From positions 186,001-250,000 of the forward strand of contig NIVC01001280.1 of assembly GCA_002269645.1 (NCBI GenBank): a stretch of DNA of 64,000 nt. Direction: 5' to 3'. The stretch is from Macrostomum lignano. Its lineage: Eukaryota. The notes beneath the pieces were generated by a model. That model was not told the DNA's origin, ran no database searches, and was given only the letters and a program-made list of their open reading frames with translations. This document shows, in pieces, positions 52,377-61,041 of this stretch (positions are counted from its first letter, which is position 1; each line of letters opens with the position of its first letter). The translations under genes were made by a program, and so were the position numbers.

Positions 52377-53550
52377 AAAGGCAGAGAGAGCGTGCGTGCG
52401 GTGTGTGTGTGTGTAGTGCTTACTTTTACCCCACAAGAATTATATATATCTAGCTACATTATGAAATTTGCGAAATTTAATGATCAATTGCAGTTGATTT
52501 TTGAAGTAAACGACGCTGACCTGATCAGCCAGCTGCGCAGCGTTACGCTGCACTCGTCAATGAGCTGACCAGGGTCGCGCTGCACTGAGCTAGCTATGTT
52601 CCTATATGCATTTTTTCGAGTTTTCAATGGTTGCTTTTTCAGTTTTTATTTTCCTTTTTGAGTTATTTATGCGTTTCACTCGTCGCCAGTAGGTATGTTT
52701 TAATTACTAACCGTATATTGCACATTATATGGTTTCGGGGTATTACTATTAGCGTCAGAGATGACGCACTTATTCATTTCATCGACTTTGGCAACACCGA
52801 ACGGGTGCCATTGCTATCAATTATTTTAATCATTTTTGCCATTGCTATAATGTTTATACGTGCCCTAGTGTATTTTATCGATTATGGCAACGCCGATGCA
52901 GGCAGAGGACGTCTACAGAATATTTTGACAACTAATATATTTATAGTATTCATCTCGTAATCATTTTTCGACCAATATATGCATTATTTTATGCCATATT
53001 TATGCATTAATTTTTTAGTTTACTTTTGAATATTTGAGCTAAGGCTAATGTCTTATCTACTATTTGTTTCTAGCGCCGTAGTGTATTCTATAGACTACGG
53101 CAACGCCGACCAGGTGCAGTCGGAGTTGGGTGCTGCGATATTATATATATTCTTGCGTTAGAACAATATAGTATTTATACTGTCGGCATATTATGCTAAT
53201 TCTGCTAGTGTTTTATTTTTATTTTATTTATTTTAGCTAGCTATATAAATTATCAAATTGCAATGTCGCCGCAGTTTATCCCCTTGACTACGGTGGTTGG
53301 CTGTTGGCTGGTACAGCTGTGGAAGTTGTGCACACTAGTATCTGGCAGTGAGTAACAGCTGTGGCTTGTGTTTTGTGGCTTGCGGCTGGCAGATGCCGCA
53401 GGGACCTGTGACCAACAGGTGCCACAGGAGGTAGTTTAACGCCTTGCCCGGGGCGTGAGCTTGCGGTCTACAGGTGCCGCAGAGACCTGTGGCTGACAGG
53501 TGCCACAGGAGGTAGTTTTACGCCTTGCCCGGGGCGTGAAAAACTGGCGG

Positions 53551-56500
53551 TTAGTGTCTGCTTCCCCACTGCTGGAGCAGGTCGGACACTTGACAGGTCC
53601 GGTACCTGACAGGCGGGCGGATGGGGCGTCCGTACCTGGATCTGGGTACGTCAGCCGGGGCTGGTGGCTCAGCTGCTTGCGCAGCGACTGGATTCGCAGC
53701 AATCTCAGGTGGTTCTAATTGCTCGGAGGAAGGGTCCCCCAAGGAAGCCGTGTACAGCGACTCTGAGCTGTCTTGGCTGTGGCTGGTGTCAGTGTCTGTG
53801 CTGTCAGTGTCAGTGTCTGGTTGTGGCTGTCCCTCAATAGCTACAGCATCGCCAGCTTCGGCGAATGGTTGGCCTTCTCCCGCTTCAGCTCCCGCCCCCT
53901 CCTCAAAGGCGCCTGAAGCTGGCGGTGGTGGATTTGGCCCTGGCGCTCTGCGTGGGCTCTCTGGCCGGGCAGAGGAAGGCTGGGGAATGGTGACGAGGCT
54001 AAGCTCGCTCGCGGGTCCGCTGGGCGGGTTCACACTAGGCGCTGGAGACCTGGCATGGGTGGCCTCACCATACCGGTCAACTACGTCTTGGTAAGTGGGC
54101 TGTCTGATGCACGGTTTGAGGCGGTCAATGTTGTAAATGTTATGGCGCGGATTTGGCACCCGATCTGCTGGGTTTAGGAGACCATACTCGGGGACTAAAC
54201 GGTAAGTCCGCTCGGAGCAGCGCTGCACTACTCGGTATGGCCCCAACCACACAGCGGGTTCTATGCCCTTGTGGTTCGGGTTCAAGACCCAGACTAACTC
54301 TCCCTCGTGGAACTCAGCGCGGAGGGCGCGGCGGTCGTAATACCTTTTCTGCCTCTCCTGGGCTTTACCCCTAGTGCGGCGGGCTAGGGCAGAGGTTTCG
54401 ACTAGCGTGCGGTGCAACTGGTGGGCGTACCTCTCCGGCTGGTAGTGTTCATTTGGCGGTGGATTGTGACAGAGGTCGAGCGGTAGTTCGAACTCACGCC
54501 CGAAGAAAAGTTTGGCTGGAGTAAATCCGGTGGATTCGGCGACTGTGGCACGGATTGACAGGGCGGCCAGGCGGCTGGCAAGGGGCCAGTCGCATTGTCT
54601 CTCAAGACAGATGGCTCTAATCTGGGCTTTCACCGTCTGGATCATCCTCTCAGCTTTACCGTTAGCCTGAGGGCGACGGGCTGTGATCCGACCCATGTCA
54701 ATCTGTAGGAGCCTAGTTAATTCTATCATGGTACTATTGATGAAGGCAGTTCCGTTATCAGACACCAGCTGCTCCATCACCCCATACCTGGCAACCCATT
54801 CAGTCAGGATGGTTGTGGCAGTGGTCTCTGCGCTGACGTCGGGAACAGGGACTACTTCAACAAACCCGGTGAACCTGTCGATCATAACCAGCAGGTACTT
54901 GTACCCGTCACACTCTTCGAACGGGCCTGCGTGGTCCACGTGGACAACCTGGTTCGGGTAGCCGGACAGTTCTGGTTGCATAGGGGCCTTGAGCTTACGC
55001 TTTGACTTCTTAGTCTTAGCGCAAACGGTGCATTCGGCCAGGACCCCCTTGACTATAGTATCTAAGTCGGAAATAACGAAGCGCGCCTTCAGGGCGGCCA
55101 TCGTCTTGGTGATACCGCAATGGTTCAACTGGCCATGATACTGAAGGACCAGATGACCGACGTCTGCGGTCTCAGGCACCACCAGGCGCCTGTTGGCAGT
55201 CTTGGCTTTGGAGGATTTGGCTAAGTACAATAGACCCTCGACTACTTCAAGGTCATTGAATTGAGCCCAGAGTGCGCGCATTTCCCGGCTACAACCCTGC
55301 AGTTCGGCCTTGGACAATGGCTCAGTCTTACACTGGACACTGGCGATTAGGCGCGCCATGTCAACACAGGAGTCCTGGGCATTCTGGGCCCAGATGAGCT
55401 CAGGTGGCACTTGGGATTCGGTGTCAGGTTGACGGGATTCAGTCTCTGGGCTAGGAACAGCACCGCTAGCAGTAGCGCGGACATTCGGCGTTGGTTCAGC
55501 CGGGGCATCTGTGTCAGTCTGACACGCTACGCTAATGCCTATGGTCTGGACGCACACCTGACGCAGTTCTCTAGAGGGGGGCGTACGCCGGTGCTTTGGG
55601 TCTTGGTCCAGGAATTTCCCTTTAAATTCCGGAATCTGGCTGCACGTCGGGCAGTCAAAGTGATCGGCTCTGAATTTTGGCAGTCTACTAAGAGCGTCAG
55701 CAGGCACGTGGTCAACGCCTGGACGGTACTGGACTGTGAAATCGTATTCGGCTATTCGTTCTAGAGTGGACTGCTGGACCTTCAGCGGGTACAGTTCAAT
55801 GGTGGCAAGCCATTGGGCCAGCATACCAGTGGCATGCTTCTTAGAATGCAGCCATTTGAGCGCGGCCGCGTCCACCCGGACAGTGAAAGGCTTGTCTAAT
55901 AGATAAGGACGGAAATGCTCGAGCATCAGAACGAGCCCTAGCAACTCCCTCATGGTGGCGCAGTAGTTTCTCTGGCTACTGTTGAATTTTTTGGATGCGT
56001 AAGCTATAACTTGCTCTTGGCCATCTGGCCCGAGCTGGTACAGCACACCCCCAGTGCCGTCAAGCGAGCTATCGCAGTCCAAAATAAATTCGCGCCCTTT
56101 GGCAGAGAGGTCTGGATACGCCAGAATCGGTGGTGAACAGAGGCTATGTTTGAGTTCTTGGAAAGCCCGTTCATGATGCGGTTGCCATAGAAACGGAGCA
56201 TCCTTTTTGGCTAAGGCATACAAAGGCGTGGCGATGATTGAGAATCGCGGCACGAATTTCCGGTAATAATTCGCAAATCCCAAGAATGATAGAAGCTGTT
56301 TCTTAGAAAGCGGTTTAGGCCAGTCTTGGACAGCCTGAGTCTTCGCTGGGTCAGCCTCAATGCCCCGGCTAGACACAACGAACCCCAGGAATGCGACCTT
56401 GTCCTTAAACAGCTCACACTTAGACGGCTTAATTTTGAGACCGGCTTTTCTAAGCTGCCAGAGGACCAGCGCGAGATGCGCGATCATTTGGTCGTTGTTG

Positions 56501-59316
56501 ACAGCCTTAATGATAATGTCGTCTAAATAGATGAGGCTGACCTTCATCAGGAGAGGTCTAAACACCTTGTGCATCAGTTTCGCGAAATTGGCAGGTGCCG
56601 TCTTGATCCCGAATGGTACTACCTTCCAGCGGAAGGTGCCTTGGGGGCAGGCAAAGGCGGTGTAATCTCTAGCCTCCTCTTTGATCCCTACCTGCCAGTA
56701 CGCGGAGGTCAGGTCAAGGCTAGAGAATACAGTGGCCCCGGCAAGGCTGTCAAAAGATTCTTCTATGAGTGGCAGAGGGAAGCTACACGGCTTGATGAGC
56801 TTATTGACGGCCCTATAGTCTATGCAAAGGCGTTGAGTGCCGTCCTTCTTCTTGACCAGAACGATAGGCGACACCCAGTCAGAGTCGCACTCCTCAATGA
56901 CCCCCTGTTCGAGCATCTGCGCTATGTTCTGGTCTAAGAATTCTTTTTGTGCTGGCGTGGTGCGCCTGTATGGTTGCGCAACAGGCTTGGCCTTAGGATC
57001 TATTAACTCTATGCCCATCTCGTGTAAATTGGTGTGGCCTAAATCTGCGTTTGATCTAGAAATTTGGCTATTGAAGTAGTTGAGCAGTTTCAAAACGGTG
57101 GCGAGTTGGCCCCTAGACAATTTGGCTTGGTCTAGTTGGAACTGCGTTGTCAGCCATTTGGCTAACTCCCTACTAGGCGGCGGCAGCTTACTGAGTTGGC
57201 TGGTGAGGTTAGCTACATTGTCCAGGCTAAAGTCAGACTCCTTCAGGGTCGTCTGAGCTATGACCTCATGACTATCTAATTCCTGGAATGAGGCAATTTC
57301 TTGCCCCCTAGTTATCTGAATAGGCTGTTCCCCACTGTTGAGCACGCGCACTAGTATGTGGTTAGTATCGCTAACTGAGTCTAGAGTCTTGGCTACCAAC
57401 TGTTCGGTCTCTGGTCCGAGGATCCGGGACATGACTATACCGGAGGTGTACGGCGAAGAGTCGAGGACACGACTGGGGATCAAGGTTTCCGAGTGCGGGG
57501 GCAATTCTACGGTGCCGGCGGCCATCACTCGTCGGAGTTGGAAAATCCCCTTGTCCCCCTCAATGACTGGTACCGACACCCCTGCTACTAAAGCTCGGCC
57601 AGAGTTGAAGTCTAGCAGCATCTCGAAGCTGCGCAGGAAATCCATGCCTAACAGGGCTTCCGTGGTACAGTAAGCAGTGACTAGGAATACATGTTGTTTA
57701 GTCGTATTACCTAAGTTGATTTCGCAGCGTAGCGACCCTAGGATGTCTACCTGAGAGCCGCCGAAGGCGGTGGCACGCTGCTTATTGGCACTAGGCGTGA
57801 ATATGTTATTGACGGGGTCAGCTGCGACCAGTTTGGCTTTCACGTCAGCACCCATGATGCTGGCATTGGCGCCTGAGTCTAGACAGGCCAGAACTTTAGA
57901 GTCTCCTACTCCTAGCTGCACGAAATAGCTAGACTCAAAGGTGTCAGCTGTGTACCCCCCTTGTCGGCATTGTGGATCACTGTCCCCTGGCTGAGGTTGC
58001 ACATTACAGGCCTTGTCGTGCTGGCGCCCGGGGTCGACCTGGCGCTGGAATTTCACCCTAGTCCCCCTAAGGCGGTGCTGCTCGACTAGGCTACGCAGGC
58101 TGGGAGACAGTTGGCTAATGTGAACGAACAATTTCTCTGGCAGGTGCTCAGATTGGATGAACCCGTAATTCTGAGACCATGTGGCAATGGTTCCTAGTTC
58201 AGTCGTGACTTTTCCACGGCTGGGCTGCTGATTTTGGCTCCCCCGGGGCTGCTTTGGCGACTGTGGCCTCGGCGAGGGCGATGGACAGTCAGCGATCAGG
58301 TGATCGGTCTGGCCGCATCGATGGCAAGCCCGCGGAGGGCGAGGAGCTGGCCTAGGTTGTCTATAGGTTTGGCTAACTTGTGGTGGGCCCCCAGTGGGCT
58401 CTGTGCGAGCGGGCCCCTGATTGGTAGTGACAGGCGGAGTGGTCTGGCTTAATCTATTGGCTTGGTCGGTCACCATCTTCTCAAGCTCAGCGACCCTCTG
58501 TTCTAACGCTTTCTTCTCAGCGTCAGGTTCTATGGCACGAACCTTGGCTATAGTAGGAGGCACGTTCAGAAGCTGGCGGACCCCGACAAGATCTTTGGCC
58601 TTCTGCATCAGCTCTTCTGCAGAGGTGGCACTGTCGGTTTCCTGATCCCATAAGAGGAGCTTTTCGGCGAGGTCCTTATCCCTCAGCCCATGGCAGAATC
58701 TGGCCTTGAGTAGGGGCTTCGCTTCAGCGAGCGAGAGACCCGCTAGTCTAGAATAGGAGACCAGTCTGTCGAAGAAATCAGACATCTGCTCATTATGAGA
58801 TTGGGCGGCAGCAACTAATTCTACGTAGGCCTTGTCCTTCTTCTTGGCATCGGTGTACCTTTCCCTGAGCAGCCGAAGCGCAGATTCGAAAGGCAACTGG
58901 TCACACCGGTAATTAAGATATACCTCTTGGCATTCGGCTGACAGCAAAGATACGAGAATGGCGGACTTCTGGTCCTCAGGAACGCGGCAAGTGGCTAGAT
59001 ACGAAGTAAGCTGAGCTTCCCACGTATCAAAGTTCATCTTCGGCTGATAAGCGATTGGAGGGCGAAGGCGTATGTCTGGCTTCGCAGGCGGCGAGGAATT
59101 TGGCGCTAATGGCGAGGAAACAGCGAGACGCTCTTCGAGCATCCGGTGAAGAGAGGCTAAGGTTTGAGTCAACAAGAGTTGCTCACTAGGAGCTGGCGCG
59201 GCGGCAGCAGCTGCGCCTGCTGGCTGCTCGCCGGCATCGACTGCGTCCTGATCTGGCACGGCGGCATCTCCGTCAGCCAATGACGCTGCGGCATGGTTGT
59301 CCCCGTTGTCGGACAT
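53551..59316 (-). CDS. Gag-Pol polyprotein: capsid, CCHC knuckle, cold-shock domain, aspartic protease, RT, RNase H, integrase with GPY/F and an acidic/Pro-rich tail
   Basis: CHRCGQTDHLIADC (aa331-344); CSD aa372-441; LACLDSGA; WVSPIVLVKKKDGTQRLCIDYR; IYLDDIII; LDCDSS; HHCC integrase finger; VHVDHAGP, LVSDNG, PQANGKAERM; WLGPYRV. Confidence 0.95.
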   Translation of the reverse strand: MSDNGDNHAAASLADGDAAVPDQDAVDAGEQPAGAAAAAAPAPSEQLLLTQTLASLHRMLEERLAVSSPLAPNSSPPAKPDIRLRPPIAYQPKMNFDTWEAQLTSYLATCRVPEDQKSAILVSLLSAECQEVYLNYRCDQLPFESALRLLRERYTDAKKKDKAYVELVAAAQSHNEQMSDFFDRLVSYSRLAGLSLAEAKPLLKARFCHGLRDKDLAEKLLLWDQETDSATSAEELMQKAKDLVGVRQLLNVPPTIAKVRAIEPDAEKKALEQRVAELEKMVTDQANRLSQTTPPVTTNQGPARTEPTGGPPQVSQTYRQPRPAPRPPRACHRCGQTDHLIADCPSPSPRPQSPKQPRGSQNQQPSRGKVTTELGTIATWSQNYGFIQSEHLPEKLFVHISQLSPSLRSLVEQHRLRGTRVKFQRQVDPGRQHDKACNVQPQPGDSDPQCRQGGYTADTFESSYFVQLGVGDSKVLACLDSGANASIMGADVKAKLVAADPVNNIFTPSANKQRATAFGGSQVDILGSLRCEINLGNTTKQHVFLVTAYCTTEALLGMDFLRSFEMLLDFNSGRALVAGVSVPVIEGDKGIFQLRRVMAAGTVELPPHSETLIPSRVLDSSPYTSGIVMSRILGPETEQLVAKTLDSVSDTNHILVRVLNSGEQPIQITRGQEIASFQELDSHEVIAQTTLKESDFSLDNVANLTSQLSKLPPPSRELAKWLTTQFQLDQAKLSRGQLATVLKLLNYFNSQISRSNADLGHTNLHEMGIELIDPKAKPVAQPYRRTTPAQKEFLDQNIAQMLEQGVIEECDSDWVSPIVLVKKKDGTQRLCIDYRAVNKLIKPCSFPLPLIEESFDSLAGATVFSSLDLTSAYWQVGIKEEARDYTAFACPQGTFRWKVVPFGIKTAPANFAKLMHKVFRPLLMKVSLIYLDDIIIKAVNNDQMIAHLALVLWQLRKAGLKIKPSKCELFKDKVAFLGFVVSSRGIEADPAKTQAVQDWPKPLSKKQLLSFLGFANYYRKFVPRFSIIATPLYALAKKDAPFLWQPHHERAFQELKHSLCSPPILAYPDLSAKGREFILDCDSSLDGTGGVLYQLGPDGQEQVIAYASKKFNSSQRNYCATMRELLGLVLMLEHFRPYLLDKPFTVRVDAAALKWLHSKKHATGMLAQWLATIELYPLKVQQSTLERIAEYDFTVQYRPGVDHVPADALSRLPKFRADHFDCPTCSQIPEFKGKFLDQDPKHRRTPPSRELRQVCVQTIGISVACQTDTDAPAEPTPNVRATASGAVPSPETESRQPDTESQVPPELIWAQNAQDSCVDMARLIASVQCKTEPLSKAELQGCSREMRALWAQFNDLEVVEGLLYLAKSSKAKTANRRLVVPETADVGHLVLQYHGQLNHCGITKTMAALKARFVISDLDTIVKGVLAECTVCAKTKKSKRKLKAPMQPELSGYPNQVVHVDHAGPFEECDGYKYLLVMIDRFTGFVEVVPVPDVSAETTATTILTEWVARYGVMEQLVSDNGTAFINSTMIELTRLLQIDMGRITARRPQANGKAERMIQTVKAQIRAICLERQCDWPLASRLAALSIRATVAESTGFTPAKLFFGREFELPLDLCHNPPPNEHYQPERYAHQLHRTLVETSALARRTRGKAQERQKRYYDRRALRAEFHEGELVWVLNPNHKGIEPAVWLGPYRVVQRCSERTYRLVPEYGLLNPADRVPNPRHNIYNIDRLKPCIRQPTYQDVVDRYGEATHARSPAPSVNPPSGPASELSLVTIPQPSSARPESPRRAPGPNPPPPASGAFEEGAGAEAGEGQPFAEAGDAVAIEGQPQPDTDTDSTDTDTSHSQDSSESLYTASLGDPSSEQLEPPEIAANPVAAQAAEPPAPADVPRSRYGRPIRPPVRYRTCQVSDLLQQWGSRH

Positions 59317-59706
59317 TGTGTAAGGTTGAGTGAGACAAATGAATCAAGCGTGAACGAAAATAAGGCTCCAGAGAAAACGAATTGAGGTTGATGACGCGAG
59401 AGAGACGAGAGAGATTGCGTCCTACTAACAAAATACGTGCCTGACAGGGGCAAACCGCAAAAAGCCTATAATAGGGGAGAGTCCTATCACGCAAACCACC
59501 CAGACTAACTGTCAGGCAATAGTCCCTACAAACAATCAGCGCACAGCGTAACCTGGCGTGGCTTGGCACACGCAGCGGAGCTATCTTGGCAGAGCGTAAG
59601 CTCGAGCTCAACGCAGTTGACAGCGCGCGTTGCTCAGGGCGACGACCAGCGACGACTCGCGGCGACGAGCGAAGACCGGCCGAGCAGTCAGGACCCCTGG
59701 GCCTGA

Positions 59707-59861
59707 CGTGGCACAGGCTCTCGTAGCCTTGCGGACCGAACCTCAGGCGTGGCACAGGCTCTCGCAGCCTTGCGGACCGAACCTCAGGCGTGGCACAGGC
59801 TCTCGTAGCCTTGCGGACCGAACCTCAGGCGTGGCACAGGCTCTCGCAGCCTTGCGGACCG
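59707..59861. repeat. 41-bp tandem repeat, about 4 copies, in the 5' leader of the Gypsy element
   Basis: cgtggcacaggctctcg(t/c)agccttgcggaccgaacctcagg at 59707, 59748, 59789 and 59830. Confidence 0.9.
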
Positions 59862-60013
59862 TCAGGCAGAAACGTGGCAGGCCGGCACTCAGTCACGAGC
59901 CGGCAGAGCTGAGCAGAATCTTGCTGACGCTTGGTTGCGAGCTGGCAGGGCTGAGCAGAAGTCTTGATGGCGCTGATTACGAGCTGGCAGGGCTGAGCAG
60001 AAGTCTTGATGGC

Positions 60014-60200
60014 ACTGACTTAGTTGCGAGCCGGCAGTGCTGAGTAGGAGTCTCGGTGGTGCTGACTTAGTTGCGAGCCGGCAGTGCTGAGTAGGAGTCT
60101 CGGTGGTGCTGACTTAGTTGCGAGCCGGCAGTGCTGAGTAGGAGTCTCGGTGGTGCTGACTTAGTTGCGAGCCGGCAGTGCTGAGTAGGAGTCTCGGTGG
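60014..60200. repeat. 47-bp tandem repeat, 4 copies, overlapping the PBS
   Basis: gacttagttgcgagccggcagtgctgagtaggagtctcggtggtgct at 60017, 60064, 60111 and 60158. Confidence 0.95.
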
Positions 60201-60208
60201 GACCTCCA
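60189..60208 (-). promoter_or_regulatory. Primer-binding site complementary to the tRNA-Gln 3' end
   Basis: The - strand reads TGGAGGTCCCACCGAGACTC, starting 6 nt after the 5' LTR. It is complementary to ...UCUCGGUGGGACCU-CCA of eukaryotic tRNA-Gln (tRNA sequence recalled from memory). Confidence 0.85.
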
Positions 60209-60214
60209 AAATTA

Positions 60215-61041
60215 TGTCACGTTATTGGCGTAGCGGCCAGCTATGCGGTGACCCTTAAAAGGGCCGTTTTAGTCCCAAAATAGTTGAAGTCAATTCTTGT
60301 AAAGCGGATTTTGTAGCGGAGCACTTGGCGATAAAGGCAGGAACTGCCGTAGTTGTCTTTATTGTTAATGTCAGTATTAAGTTTGGTTGTTACTGGCAAT
60401 AAACAGACTATAGCTTTCTGGGCACTGGCGGCTGCAGCAATGGGTTGAATATAATTTGGATATGAAGTCAAGTGGCAGGCGAATGACACAATGGCGACGT
60501 GACGTGAGCAGTGGCTATGAGCACCGTGAAGGCAGTGAAACGTAGTGGTGAGTAGGCGTCGGTCGTGGCGTGAAACAGTCAAGTAAGTGTGTGAGCAGGC
60601 TGGCCCAGACAGAAGGGCCGCGGTGAGAAATAAGGAGGCTCGAGGCAGCCAGACAAACAGATAAGACAGCTAAGAGGCCGCAGGGAAGGAAACAAGGAAC
60701 AGGCGGGGAGAGACGAAAAAGCGTGAGGGGTGCCCGCCGCCAGGCGGGGGGTTTAATAAAAGAGCGCAGAGGGGGGTAGCGCGAGCACGAGTGATTTCAT
60801 TGGCTGGCGAGAGAACTTAAAATTATCGATCGTGCCAATTTTATACGGTTGCGAGAGAGGATAGCAAAATATACAATGAATTATAAATTGCCACAAAATC
60901 GTTGGGCACTACTACAAGTAAACGTCGCAATAAACGAATGGAAAAGTTTAGTTGAAACGGTGAAACTGAAGGGTTGAATGACTATGGAGAACAGCAGTCC
61001 AACGGCCCTTTTCGGGACCACCTTAAACTGACAACGTCACA
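60215..61041 (-). repeat. 5' LTR (827 bp)
   Basis: tgtcacg...cgtcaca followed by the gtat TSD. Confidence 0.97.

Larger units (their letters stand above)
50768..61041 (-). mobile_element. Intact, very recent Gypsy LTR retrotransposon (10274 bp)
   Basis: TG...CA LTRs at 50768-51593 and 60215-61041; 4-bp TSD gtat on both sides; PBS, PPT and an uninterrupted 1921-aa Gag-Pol ORF. Confidence 0.97.

Noticed and set aside
51783-52568. Overlapping 166-204-aa Arg/Ala-rich or hydrophobic ORFs as a possible env or accessory gene
   Set aside because: They are translations of the GC-rich 24-bp minisatellite and are open in several frames on both strands; no signal peptide, furin site or fusion-peptide architecture.
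60014-60200. Regular 47-bp repeats resembling a CRISPR array
   Set aside because: The units are contiguous with no unique spacers, there are no cas genes, and the context is a eukaryotic LTR leader.
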